From Eledone cirrhosa (lineage: Eukaryota): a stretch of 64,000 nt of DNA. Positions 28,049 to 42,316 of the stretch are shown here, piece by piece. Each line of letters begins with the position of its first letter. Position 1 is the stretch's first letter. The notes beneath the pieces are model-generated. The model worked only from the letters and a program-made list of their open reading frames with translations, did no database searches and had not been told where the DNA came from. The translations under genes and the position numbers were made by a program. The stretch covers positions 24,304,001 through 24,368,000 of the forward strand of contig OZ024759.1 of the NCBI GenBank assembly GCA_964016885.1, given 5' to 3'.

Positions 28049-31000
28049 GGTTCCCCTTTTCTCTCTCTCTTCTACGATTTCTCTGTATCTTTACCCTCTC
28101 TAACAGTCACTCTCTCTGTTAGCCTCTTCCTCACCCTTCATTCACTCACTCTGTGCTACTACCTCTCCTACTTCCTCTCGTTTGACCTGTGCGTAATTCT
28201 TTTCTCTCGCACGCTTGACCAGGCTGGTTCCCTTTTTCTCTCTCTCGCCTACGATTTCACAGAACTTATGTTCACCGAATTCACGGACTGGACTCCTTCT
28301 ACCTCCCGTTTGACCTGTGCGGAATTCCTTCCTTGCTCACATTTCGACTAAGTTTGATGGTCTTTATTCTCTCTCGTTCACGATTTCACCGAACTAATAT
28401 TCATGGAAATCTGCGACTTGACTCTTTCTACCTCACTTTTCGTTGCTTTACCATCTTTGTTTGTTTACACTTTCGCTCGTTCCCCTTATTTACGTGTCCC
28501 AACGACTTTCTTTAGCCGTTGCTCGCACCAACCGGAGGTATATGGTCTTTAAAGCGATGAAATACCAATGATGGTTGGAAGATCACTGATGAAGGACTAA
28601 TTTTATTCATATGTAACCCATTTGCAACCACGCAGCACGTTTGTTCTCATATTCACACATATATTTTCCCCCCGCTGTGACCCGTCTATTTCGTTCTTAC
28701 TGCTTCCTATTTCTCTGTATCTTTACCCTCTCTAACAGTCACTCTCTCTGATAGTCTCTTCCTCACCCTTCACTCACTCACTCTGTGCTACTACCTCTCC
28801 TACTTCCTCCCGTTTGACCTGTGCGTAATTCTTTTCTCTCGCACGCTTGACCAGGCTGGTTCCCCTTTTCTCTCTCTCGTCTACGATTTCACAGAACTTA
28901 TGTTCACTGAATTCACGGACTGGACTCCTTCTACCTCCCGTTTGACCTGTGCGAAATTCCTTCCTTGCTCACATTTCGACTAGGTTTGATGGTCTTTATT
29001 CTCTCTCGTTCACGATTTCACCGAACTAATATTCATGGAAATCTGCGACTTGACTCTTTCTACCTCACTTTTCGTTGCTTTACCATCTTTGTTTGTTTAC
29101 ACTTTCGCTCGTTCCCCTTATTTACGTGTCCCAACGACTTTCTTTAGCCGTTGCTCGCACCAACCGGAGGTATATGGTCTTTAAAGCGATGAAATACCAA
29201 TGATGGTTGGAAGATCACTGATGAAGGACTAATTTTATTCATATGTAACCCATTTGCAACCACGCAGCACGTTTGTTCTCATATTCACACATATATTTTC
29301 CCCCCGCTGTGACCCGTCTATTTCGTTCTTACTGCTTCCTCTTTCTCTGTATCTTTACCCTCTCTAACAGTCACTCTCTCTGTTAGCCTCTTCCTCACCC
29401 TTCACTCACTCACTCTCTGCTACTACCTCTCCTACTTCCTCCCGTTTGACCTGTGCGTAATTCTTTTCTCTCGCACGCTTGACCAGGCTGGTTCCCCTTT
29501 TCTCTCTCTCGTCTACGATTTCACAGAACTTATGTTCACCGAATTCACAGACTGGATTCCTTCTACCTCCCGTTTGACCTGTGCGGAATTCCTTCCTTGC
29601 TCACATTTCGACTAGGTTTGATGGTCTTTATTGTCTCTCATTCACGATTTCACCGAACTTATATTCATGGAAATCTGGGACTTCACTCTTTCTTCCTAAC
29701 TTTTCGTTGCTTTACCATCTTTGTTTGTTTACACTCTCGCTCGTTCCCCTTATTTACGTGTCCCAACGACTTTCTTTAGCCGTTGCTCGCACCAACCGGA
29801 GGTATATGGTCTTTAAAGCGATGAAATACCAATGATGGTTGGAAGATCACTGATGAAGGACTAACTTTATTCATATGTAACCCATTTGCAACCACGCAGC
29901 ATGTTTGATCTCATATTCACACGTATATTTTTCCCCCGCTGTGACCCGTCTATTTCGTTCTTACTGCTTCCTATTTCTCTGTATCTTTACCCTCTCTAAC
30001 AGTCACTCTCTCTGTTAGCCTCTTCCTCACCCTTCACTCACTCACTCTCTGCTACTACCTCTCCTACTTCCTCCCGTTTGACCTGTGCGTAATTCTTTTC
30101 TCTCGCACGCTTGACCAGGCTGGTTCCACTTTTCTCTCTCTCGTCTACGATTTCACAGAACTTATGTTCACCGAATTCACGGACTGGACTCCTTCTACCT
30201 CCCGTTTGACCTGTGCGGAATTCCTTCCTTGCTCACATTTCGACTAGGATTGATGGTCTTTATTCTCTCTCATTCACGATTTCACTGAACTTATATTCAT
30301 GGAAATCTGGGACTTGACTCTTTCTTCCTCACTTTTCGTTGCTTTACCATCTTTGTTTGTTTACACTCTCGCTCGTTCCCCTTATTTACGTGTCCCAACG
30401 ACTTTCTTTAGCCGTTGCTCGTACCAACTGGAGGTATATGGTCTTTAAAGCGATGAAATACCAATGATGGTTGGAAGATCACTGATGAAGGACTAATTTT
30501 ATTCATATGTAACCCATTTGCAACCACGCAGCACGTTTGATCTCATATTCACACGTATATTTTTCCCCCGCTGTGACCCGTCTATTTCGTTCTTACTGCT
30601 TCCTATTTCTCTGTATCTTTACCCTCTCTAACAGTCACTCTCTCTGTTAGCCTCTTCCTCACCCTTCACTCACTCACTCTCTGCTACTACCTCTCCTACT
30701 TCCTCCCGTTTGACCTGTGCGTAATTCTTTTCTCTCGCACGCTTGACCAGGCTGGTTCCTTTTTTCTCTCTCTCGCCTACGATTTCACAGAACTTATGTT
30801 CACCGAATTCAGGGACTGGACTCCTTCTACCTCCCGTTTGACCTGTGCGGAATTCCTTCCTTGCTCACATTTCGACTAGGTTTGATGGTCTTTATTCTCT
30901 CTCATTCACGATTTCACTGAACTTATATTCATGGAAATCTGGGACTTGACTCTTTCTTCCTCACTTTTCGTTGCTTTACCATCTTTGTTTGTTTACACTC

Positions 31001-31395
31001 TCGCTCGTTCCCCTTATTTACGTGTCCCAACGACTTTCTTTAGCCGTTGCTCGCACCAACCGGAGGTATATGGTCTTTAAAGCGATGAAATACCAATGAT
31101 GGTTGGAAGATCACTGATGAAGGACTAATTTTATTCATATGTAACCCATTTGCATCCACGCAGCACGTTTGTTCTCATATTCACACATATATTTTTCCCC
31201 CGCTATGACCCATCTATTTCGTTCTTACTGCCTCCGCCTTCTCTGTATCTTTACCCTCTCTAACAGTCACTCTCTCTGTTAGCCTCTTCCTCACCCTTCA
31301 CTTACTCATTCTCTGCTACTACCTCTCTATGGTCTTTAAAGCGATGAAATACCAATGATGGTTGGAAGATCACTGATGAAGGACTAACTTTATTC

Positions 31396-31397
<2 letters not shown>
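28047..31397 (+). repeat. 632-bp tandem array (~5 copies) with an internal ~127-bp dimer, flanked by (TA)n
   Basis: Period 632 (28333, 28965, 29597, 30229); each unit ends in ctgatgaaggactaa(t/c)tttattc. Confidence 0.97.
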
Positions 31398-31448
<51 letters not shown>

Positions 31449-31952
31449 GTGTGTGGAGAGAGAGAGAAATGAAGCAATTTGTCGAGATAGGATGGAGTGG
31501 CGTCGCTTCTTTAGGGTAGTTCTCTGTGCAGAAAGTTTATTTATTTTCTTCTTTAAGAGCCGCCATCAGCAGGAAGGAAATGTAGATTAATGGAGCAAGG
31601 TATTGTGATTATAATGATTGACATGTTTGGAGGTGGGTTGCACTGAGCCATGTCTCTCTGTTCTATAACTAGAATGAAGAAACACTAGAAGAATAGGAAA
31701 ATACCATTCACACACACATGCACGCACTCACATATACAAATACACACATATATGCACATACATACAGAGAGATATCTCCCTCTTAAACAACAAATATTAT
31801 ACATGCAGGTATATATTTATACATACACATACGTATATGCTTACACTCTCCTTCTCACACACGCAGACATCGTGAACTGAGTATAAGAACAAAGATGGTA
31901 GTAACTTCTAAGTATGAATGTTTATACTAACACTATATATATATATATAGTT

Positions 31953-32110
31953 TTAATATAGATGAGATTCTACAGGACTAGAACTGTTTCATTCATTAGA
32001 AATAACCACAGTAAGTAAGGTACTCAAAACATTGCAGAAAACTTTTATACCCTGCAATGTATTGAGTACCTTACTTACTGTGGTTACCTCCGATTCAACC
32101 CGGAATAACG
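31953..32110. mobile_element. Family X copy with internal fold-back
   Basis: taaccacagtaagtaaggtactcaa...ttgagtaccttacttactgtggtta inverted repeat. Confidence 0.75.
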
Positions 32111-32113
32111 TAC

Positions 32114-32156
<43 letters not shown>

Positions 32157-32159
<3 letters not shown>

Positions 32160-32399
32160 CAAAGGAAATGTGGTAAGAAACCAGATGGACCATAACGCAC
32201 CAGAGTACTCTATACTTAGGGTAGTAGAGTGGGAAATAGGAAATATATATATAACGAAGGAAGTGTGGTAAGGAACGTGGTGGACCATAACGCACCAGAG
32301 TACTCAATACTCAGGGTAGTAGAGTGGGTAATAGGAAATATATATAACGAAGGAAGTGTGGTAAGGAACGTGGTGGACCATACGCACCAGAGTACTCAA
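32157..32399 (-). mobile_element. Three tandem partial copies of dispersed family Y
   Basis: ataacgaaggaagtgtggtaaggaac...gcaccagagtactcaatac repeated at ~93-bp period; also at 33067-33245, 41903-42073, 43488-43580, 48551-48664, 50306-50492, 51011-51053. Confidence 0.8.
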
Positions 32400-32839
32400 G
32401 CAAGTGTTTCAGTCCTACGGATATTGCTATATATATATATATATAAATTCAGCGAGAATCGTATTTCGGCTGGTAGAAAAAGCGAAACGAAACGCAAAAT
32501 CGTAGAAATGCTGGCAAGCGCTCCAATAGTTAAGAAAACTAAAGCTAAACAATAAGTTAATACGCCATACAAACTGAAAAGTGGTCAAGAAGGCATTAAC
32601 CACCTTGACCAAAAAACAAATCAAACTAAACAGGGGAAACAAAATAAATGATAAAAACAGACCTGGACCCAAGTGGAATTGATGGTAAAATCCAAATGCA
32701 GGCATTCTATGAGACCTAAATCAATAATTGTTTGTGATAGTTTGAACAGTAATAGAGTTGCAGCAAATAGGTTCAGTGAAATATTCTAGTCGGTCACTCT
32801 ACCGCTTTTCCCAAGCTTTGTTCTTCTCACTGTATTAAT

Positions 32840-33022
32840 TAATTGTTTCTACTTTAGGCACAAGGCCAGCAATTACCCAGTACGTTACTGGTACTTTATT
32901 TTATCGACCCCGTAAGGGTGAAAGGCAAAGTCAACCTCGGCGGGATTTGAACTCAGATCGTAAAGGGACGTAACTATGCTGGAAAGCATGGCGTCCGACC
33001 CTCTGCCGATACTGCCAATCCA
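32840..33022 (-). mobile_element. tRNA-derived SINE
   Basis: Full-length match to the family consensus. Confidence 0.9.
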
Positions 33023-33066
33023 CTATGAGACCTAAATCAATAATACTGTCTATATATATATATATA

Positions 33067-33245
33067 GGAGTCAGGAACCCGACGGCTGAGCCCCGGCTGT
33101 TTCGGCAGCTTCTAGCTGTCGAAACGGGCGGAGCTCAGCCGCCGGGGTCCTGACTCTTTTCCTATTACCAAACTCTACTACCCTAAGTATTGAGTACTCT
33201 GGTGTGTTATGGTCCACCTGGTATCTTACCACACCCTCTTTGTTT
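33067..33245 (+). mobile_element. Family Y copy with 5' fold-back palindrome (33067-33157)
   Basis: gagtcagga.ccgacggctgagc...gctcagccgccggggtcctgactc. Confidence 0.75.
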
Positions 33246-33255
33246 TATTTACATA

Positions 33256-33366
<111 letters not shown>

Positions 33367-33534
33367 ATATATATAGGTATGAGGTTGGTTTCTCATTTTA
33401 ATGTTTTTCTTATGCCTCTATTAGCTTATATTCTCTTCACGCTGGTGGTTTGAAATTCCTGTAAAGAAAAACACACTCTTCTGTGTCTTTCCCCCTCTAT
33501 ATATTGTATATATATATATATCACACCAATTATA

Positions 33535-33573
<39 letters not shown>

Positions 33574-33763
33574 ACAGAGAGCGCGAGAGAAAGTAAAGCG
33601 ATTTTGCCTGATGTCCAAATATTCTGTTTATTTAATTTGGCCGTTTTATTATTTTCTAATATGGACATCATTCATCAGACTACTGTGTAGTGGGTCATCA
33701 TAGACATGACAATTTAGTTGACACTTTTATAACACTCCATCCCTACTGTTGACACATACGTAC

Positions 33764-33825
<62 letters not shown>

Positions 33826-33848
33826 GTGTATGTATGTGTGTGTGTGTG

Positions 33849-33905
<57 letters not shown>

Positions 33906-33906
33906 A

Positions 33907-34096
33907 AGTTATTCCGGGTTGAATCGGAGGTAACCACAGTAAGTAAGGTACTCAATACATTGCAGAGTATAAAAGTGTTAATATAGATGAGATTCTACAG
34001 GACTAGAACTGATTCATTCTTGAGAAATCATCAGGAATCTCTGATGATTTCTTAATAATGAAACAGTCCTAGTCCTGTAAAATCTCATCTATATTA
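33907..34096. mobile_element. Family X copy forming palindrome 33979-34096 with HHR-like core CTGATGA...GAAA...TA at 34041-34071
   Basis: tcatcag-gaatct-ctgatga axis; arms taatatagatgagatt / aatctcatctatatta. Confidence 0.75.
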
Positions 34097-34133
34097 TATA
34101 TATATATATATATATATGTGTTTGTATGCATAT

Positions 34134-34191
<58 letters not shown>

Positions 34192-34658
34192 ATGTGTGTG
34201 TATATATGTATATATATATATGTGTGTGTGTGTGTGTATGTATATATATATATATATGTGTGTGTGTTTGTATGCATATACATATATATATATGTGTGTC
34301 TGTTTGTATGCATATATATATATACATATATATGTATGTTTGTGTGTGTGTATATATCTATATCTATAGATGGATGGTAATATGTATCTATCAGCACATT
34401 TTCGAGCGATCGTTCATTTAAAACCATGAAAGTGTTGATATGATAAATATTTTGCCGTATTTTTATGAGTTTTTTTTTCTGCTGTCACCATGACTACTAT
34501 GACAATAATCACCACCTCTAATTTCTCCTACTCCACCCCACCACTATGATCTCAACACGCAACCAATGGAACAGTTCCAAGCAAGACCCCAAACTTTCAG
34601 TGCCACTATCGACACCACCGCTGCCGCCGCTAACTTCACTAGCATTATCACTAGTACG

Positions 34659-34836
34659 GTGGATTGGTAGAGGGTCGGACGCCATGCTTTGACGTATAGA
34701 GTTACGGCCCTTGCCATTCTGAGTTCAAATCCCGCCGAGGTTAACTTTGCTTTTCATCCTTACGGGGTCGATAAAATAAAGCACCAGTAATGCACTGGGG
34801 TAATTGCTGGCCTTGTGCCAAAAGTAGAAACAATTA
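34659..34836 (+). mobile_element. tRNA-derived SINE with 15-bp target-site duplication
   Basis: attatcactagtacg at 34644-34658 and 34833-34847. Confidence 0.92.
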
Positions 34837-35106
34837 TCACTAGTACGTCTTTTCAACTACATAAGCATCTCCACCCCTGCCGCCATTGCTACTATTTCCG
34901 CCTTCACCACCACCACCACCATCATCATATATATATATATACATATTAATATTTTGTTAAAAAATGACAACACAGAGAGATGCAAAAACACAAAGTCTTA
35001 TTAGTATTACGCTTGGGAGGATGTAGAGGAGGGTTCAGCGATTCGGACACAAGTCCTTCTTCAATTGGACTACTTTCACTATGGTCTCGTGGCCAATAAA
35101 ATGTTA

Positions 35107-36097
35107 TTCTCAGTTCAAATCCCGCCGAGGTTAACTTTGCCTTTCATCCTTACGGGGTCGATAAATTAAAGTACCAGTAATGTACTGGGATAATTGCTGG
35201 CCTTGTGCCAAAATAGAAATAACTATTATTAGGGGAAGGTGGATAACATGCTTTGCGATATATAGTTACGTTCCTTTGCGTCCTGGGTCGATAAGATAAA
35301 GTACCAGTTATGCACTGAGGACGAATTTAATTGACTTGCCCACTTTCCTTCGAATTCCTGGCCTTGTGCCTAAAGTAGAAACAGTTATTATAAAGGGTGG
35401 TGGATTGGTAAGATTGGTAGAGCGTCGGATATGCTTTATGGCATATAGTTAGGGCCTTTTAAGGTTTTGAGTTCAAATCCCGCCGAGGTTAGCTTTACCT
35501 TTCATCCTTACGTGGTCGATAAAATAAAGTACCAGTATCGTACTGGGGCCGATTTAATCGACTTTCCCCTCCCCCCAAAATTGCTGGCCTTGTGTCTGCG
35601 GATTGGCAGTATCGGTAGAGGGTCGGACGCCATGCTTTGACGCATTGAGTTACGGCCCTTGCCATTCTGAGTTCAAATCCCGCCGAGGTCAACTATGCCT
35701 TTCATCCTTACGGGGGTCGAGAAAATAAAGCACCAGTAATACACTGGGGTAATAGCTGGCCTTGTGGCAAAAAGTAGAAACAATTATATTCATTTACGAG
35801 CGGAGGATTAGCAGTATCGGTAGAGGGTCGGACGCCAAGCTTTTCAGCATGGAATTACGGCCCTTTGCGGTTGTTGGGCGGTGGATTGGCAGTATCGGTA
35901 GAGAGTCGGATGCCATGTTTTGCAGCATAGAGTTACGGCCCATTACGATCTGAGTTCAAATCCCGTCGAGGTTAACTTTGCCTTTCATCCTTACGTGGTC
36001 GATAAAATAAAGTACTAGTCACGCACTGGGGTCGATTTAATCGACTTTCCCATAAAAAAAAAAAAATTGCTGGCCTTGTGCCTATAGTAGAAACCAT
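35107..36097 (+). mobile_element. Cluster of ~6 co-oriented full or partial SINE copies
   Basis: B-box gttcaaatcccg at ~35113, 35470, 35670, 35953 plus repeated core and tail. Confidence 0.9.
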
Positions 36098-36566
36098 TGT
36101 TGCTGTTGTTGTTGTTGTTGTTGTTGGAAATTTTTTAGTTTTTCCATCGATGCTGTTATAATTATTGTTGATATTGTTGTTGTTGTTGTTTGGTGTGCAG
36201 AGTAAGGAAAAAATCTTTGAAGCAGCTTTATCACAGTCGTCAAGTGAGTCAAACCATTGATGTTGAAGCCTAGCTGGCGCCACCCGGCTGCTGTGTAAGG
36301 AGTTGAAGGGGAACTAGCCCCGTCTCTGATGATTATCCCAGATGAACAGCAATATTGGAGGAGACTTAATACAGAATTTAAAGCCTCATATATTTATTTA
36401 TCTACTTACACGCACTCTCTCTCACACACATACAGGCACACATGCACACATATATATTGTGTGTGTGCTGGTGGGTGCGTGTGGGAATCCGTGTGTGTGT
36501 GTGTGTTTGAATGTATTTCCCCCCACCCCTCCTCTCTTTCTCTGTATGTATGTATGTTAAACGTCT

Positions 36567-36636
<70 letters not shown>

Positions 36637-37672
36637 TATGTACAAGACGTTTAATTTTCTATTATATCGACACACACACACACAATTAAATATATAGATA
36701 TATATGCATGTATGTGTATATATATTAGCCTTTGTCAAGGCAGAATTCTAGGAGAAGGAAAACTCTGATATAACACCTGCAACCCTGATGGTATCCAATG
36801 ATGTTGACTTGTTCTTCTTTTTGGTAAATATCATCTTGGTTAAGAGAGTGGGACTGGCTTTGTGCAGTGCCTTTGCTCACTATAAAAGCTTCACGGCACA
36901 GGCATTGCTTTATATCTGGAGATCTCTCTGCATTTGTCGTCACAGGGTACCATGGACCCAGCACTATGTGTCAATAATTGTCACAAGTGCAGTGTTTGTA
37001 CCAGAGCTTTCAAGTCGCTGGCTGGACTAAAAAGTCACACTCGTTCAGCGCATCGGTAGGGGTTCTCCTACATGGATATAAAGTAGTGGCCGTACTCGAA
37101 AACGAGTTGGCAGCCACCATATATATATATATATATATATATTTCTGAACAAACTGTAAATTAATAGCTGAGATAGATTCAGAGAGAGACAGAGAGCGAG
37201 TTACCCTAAACTTCGATTTGTACTGGTAAGAAAATGAAATTTAACCCTGAAAAATATACCAAACGGAAGAAAGGGGATAGACAAGAAATCTACGATGTCA
37301 TTACACGAAGAATAAGGAATTAATTTTGTAATTTTATCCAGTTTTTCAACAGTTGTCTATGGGATTCAACCCTCCGTAAAGTGGGATGGGTAAAGGAGCC
37401 CGCAAAAATGAGCCCACCGAACAGGAGTAGACTGTCTTTTTCAATGCATCCCCCTCGTTATCTTACGAAGTAACAGCTTGGCTATTCCGTCCTCTACTGG
37501 GACCATGAAGCAATAAACATCCTTCTAAAATTGTGCACTCCAGAGAGACAGACGAAGAGATCGAAAGAATGTGACAGTCTCTCATTGTTTGATTCGTGCT
37601 TTTACCATTACCATATGTATTATGCATATACAATATGTATGTAAATAAATATACATGTATGTGTGTGTAACA

Positions 37673-37880
37673 CAGAGGAGACTGAGGTTAGCTGGACATT
37701 CAGAGTTGACACTGTACTCAGTGCTCTTCTGGAGACACTAGAAGAAGGAAACCGAAGTTGACACATGTTGATGCCCTAAGGACAGACACAGGTCTCTTGG
37801 AGAAGCAGGACATGGCGGCGATGACGGGGGATAGAGACCGCTGGAGAGAAATCGTCCAGGGATCTCGGGAATTTTACCTG

Positions 37881-37885
<5 letters not shown>
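37673..37885 (+). mobile_element. RTE-type LINE 3' end fragment (second copy 57741-57828 on minus strand)
   Basis: RRLRLAGH...THVDALRTDTG...MTGDRDRWREIV, typical of the RTE ORF C-terminus. Confidence 0.7.
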
Positions 37886-37919
<34 letters not shown>

Positions 37920-37969
37920 TATACATTGATGTGCTTGTGTATATATATATACATATATATATATACAAG

Positions 37970-38300
37970 GATGTGTTGTTTCCTTGAGCAAGACACTTTA
38001 TTTCACATTGCTCCAGTTTACTCAGCTGTAGAAATGAGATGATAGGGACTCCAGTCCCTATCATCTCATTTCTACTGCAAAGTGGTCGTGGAGGTGCCAC
38101 GGCAAAAAAGCACCCAGCCCACAATGTAAAGTGGACTTGTAGGCGTCGCGGCAAAAAAAGCACCCAGCACTCACTGTAAATGAGGTTGGTGTTAGGAAGG
38201 GCATCCAACTGTAAAAATCAAGCCAGAATGAGTTCCCGTCCCACCCTTGCAATCAATCAGGGAAAAGCGGACGTAAAATGATGATGGTGATGATGATATA
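37970..38300 (+). mobile_element. Fragments of other SINE-like repeats with a 23-bp-arm hairpin (38028-38075)
   Basis: ccttgagcaagacacttt core-like motif; ttaggaagggcatcca...(gat)n tail. Confidence 0.55.
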
Positions 38301-38381
38301 TATATATATATCACCACTTTCATAGCTTTAAAGGAACTATCACTCGAAAATGTACTGATTGGTACATATTACCATCCATCT

Positions 38382-38458
<77 letters not shown>

Positions 38459-38554
38459 CGTGTGTGTGTAAAAGGTAAACAGAAATAACAACACAATCGG
38501 TACAGTATTTGGAAGGGATATATTAGGATAACGCTTGATATAGCAGGAAGAGGG

Positions 38555-38591
38555 TCTTAACGTTTCGGAATGCTAGTCCTTCATCAGAAGA
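38555..38591 (-). ncRNA. Minimal hammerhead ribozyme motif in family Z element (~38469-38610)
   Basis: Reverse complement: tctt CTGATGA a gga ctagcat tcc GAAA cg TT aaga; family also at 42316-42413, 41782-41820, 56654-56697. Confidence 0.78.
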
Positions 38592-38623
38592 AAGAATGAT
38601 AAATAAGATAGATTGAGGGGACG

Positions 38624-38707
<84 letters not shown>

Positions 38708-39389
38708 CAGTTTGAAAGAATGTCCCTAGTGTCTAAAATCATACAAAATGAACCAAAAATGGTGGGTGAAGACAACGAAACAACGAACTGAACATAGGAG
38801 CGTCCATTCTCATCCGCCGACTGCTTGAGGCCCTCACGTTTTGGTATTTTAAGGTCGATACCACTAGCTCCAGTGCACATGGGACAGTAACAATGATTAC
38901 AAGAGAGGAAGATTGGGCTTTCAACTATTTACAAATAAATAAAATTTGCACCAAACCAATGTGCTTCAACAGGGAAGAAGAGATTGAAAGAAAGCCCAAC
39001 ATATAAACCAAGAAGAGAAAATATGCACAGAAGAGGAAGTGAGGGGTAACTTGTTCGTTTGGACGTAAGTCCTATCTATATACGTGGGTCGGCTGGGAAG
39101 TTCATAGGCTGCCCAAGACACTCTTATATAATAACCAAATGAGGTTATTTTTCAATATATTCTCAGGAAAGAAACAATGCAGTTATTAATAAGAAGAGTT
39201 GAAATTAATGAATGCAAGATTTCACAGCACTAGCATCACTACTTCATAGTCAGTTTATTAACTTTTTACCCCACTCTCTTGGCGGACACAACATTGAAGG
39301 AACAGAGAGAGTAATTGAGAAAAAGGAGGAGGGAAGAGAACAGAGAAAGCAGAAGAGACTGAGGACATACAAACATTAATAAATAAAAT

Positions 39390-39577
39390 AATTATTTCTA
39401 TGTTTGGCACAAGGCCAGCAATTACCCAGAGCATTACTGGTACTTTATTTTATCGACCCCATAAGGATGAAAGGCAAAGTTAACCTCGGCGAGATTTGAA
39501 TTCAGAATGGCAAGGGCCGTAATTCTATACGTCAAAGCATAGCGTCCGACCCTCTACCGATACTGCCAATTCACCGT
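39390..39577 (-). mobile_element. tRNA-derived SINE with TSD cattaataaataaaa
   Basis: Consensus match; duplicated flank at ~39374 and ~39579. Confidence 0.9.
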
Positions 39578-40146
39578 CCATTAATAAATAAAACAATTGT
39601 TCGAGTGCAGAAAAGAAGACAGGTGTATCTTCATACATATTTAAATCTGAGAGATTAAATCGCTATAACAATAAAGACACAACACAGAGGCATGGCTTAG
39701 TCGTAATTGTATATAAAACAAAAAGCTTGACGCGTTATTATTGTATTTCAACTGGCAGTTATATACTTTATATATATGGTTTGATGTCTTCCTATGAAGA
39801 TGTGTAAATGTTATAGTCACCACCTCCTCTAGAATTATTTTGTTTCGTGTTAAGTTTCCAAAGAACACAATATTATGTGTTTTCTCCCAGGATCGTTTGT
39901 TTTTGAAAACATTTTCCTTTTTAATACACGTTCCAGCAAATTTTCTTTATATTGGTGCTGTTGTTGCTACTATTGTTGTTATTTATTATAATTTTTTGTG
40001 TAATAACCTCTTTTGTATTCACGAAAACAAGGAAAAACAAAAATTTAAAGAATGAAAGATAAAGCACCAACTAAAAGAATATAATATATATATATATATA
40101 GAGAGAGAGAGATAGTTGTATATATATATATATATGTGTGTGTGTG

Positions 40147-40204
<58 letters not shown>

Positions 40205-40371
40205 CAAATAACGAAACGAAATTAAATTTCGTTTCGTTTGTAACTCACTTTTGTATGACTGACGCTCAGTGATCAGTGAAAAAAAACTTGGTACATCTAC
40301 ATATGTATACGTGTGTGTATTCATATACATACTAGTATTTCAGTATACATATATGGATGTACATCTTTGAC

Positions 40372-40978
<607 letters not shown>

Positions 40979-41818
40979 TATGTGTGTGTGTGTATCGCCT
41001 CAATACACTGAGTATAATAATAGTGAATGTTAAGATTACAAAATATATGAAAACTGATCCCCTGAAAGAACATGTTCCAAAACATGGCCATAAGTAGGAA
41101 GGAAAACAATAAGGAAGGAAGGATAGATGTGTCGTGGTGGTGGTGGGTGGTGACGGACAGCTAGGTGGTATTGTTGGTGGTGGTGGTGGTGGTAGTGATG
41201 GAGCTTGTGATGATGATGGTGATGGTGACGGATAGGAAGGTGGTGGTGGCGGTGGTACTGTTGTTGTTGGTGGTGTACTTGGTGTTGGTAATAATAAAGG
41301 GAAGAAAGAAAAAGAAAAAAGGTGGAAAGAAAGAAAAAAACAGAAGGAAAGAGAAAGACAAATAAAGAAGGAAAGTAAAAAGGAAAAAAAGAAGGGAAAG
41401 AAGAGGGAAAGGGGAAAAAGGGAGAAAAAGAATGTAAAAGAGAAGGAAATACGTAGATATAATGGATGTTTTCAGACTGTGTATATATTCTTATTGACAT
41501 ACAAACCTAATCTTGTTGAGTTTATTATCTCATTATCTGTGATGGTAGAACTCTAGCAAAAAGCAATAGATTCATCATCATTATCATCATTATCTTCATT
41601 ATGATAATCAGGGCATTGTCACATCTAGGTGAGGAGCAATTCCCTGGACTGCATCCAACGACATCGGTCACGAATCAGCTTTGGCCACTCGGATCTCAGA
41701 GTCTCAAATGACGAGTGAGGTGGACGTCTCTCCATTTCAGTCCTGGTTTTGGTTTTGTCCACTCGCGTGATACATATATATATACTGTACCGATTGTATT
41801 GTTATGTCTGTTTACCTT

Positions 41819-41906
<88 letters not shown>

Positions 41907-42070
41907 CGGAGGAAATGTGGTAAGGAACCAGGTAGACCATAACGCACCAAAGTGCTCAATACTTAGGGTAGTAGAGTGGGTAATAGGAACGAGTAGGACC
42001 CCGACGGCTGAGCTCAAGCCGTTTCGACGGCTAATTCTGGACTCAGTCCAGAATTAGTCCTACTCGTTCC

Positions 42071-42109
<39 letters not shown>

Positions 42110-42249
42110 AGTAATAATAATAAATGTGAAGACTAAAATCCAAAGAGGGCTCGATACGGATAAATATATATCAAATATTAAAGAAACCTAGAGCAAATAT
42201 TTATAAAAATAACAGATTAAAGTTTAAGCAGAGAATCGCTGCTTTCACC

Positions 42250-42316
<67 letters not shown>

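Noticed and set aside
33600-33685. Possible hammerheads (ctgatgtcca / tcatcag); similar lone CTGATGA at 36326 and 59691
   Set aside because: No compatible stem II-GAAA-UH-stem I arrangement
34659-34735. tRNA genes
   Set aside because: A/B boxes belong to SINE heads; no complete cloverleaf and they continue into the SINE body
36730-37115. Possible decayed RTE RT C-terminal fragment (VRPLLLYPCRE) on the minus strand; similar weak signal at 41590-41770
   Set aside because: Too degenerate to call without a profile search
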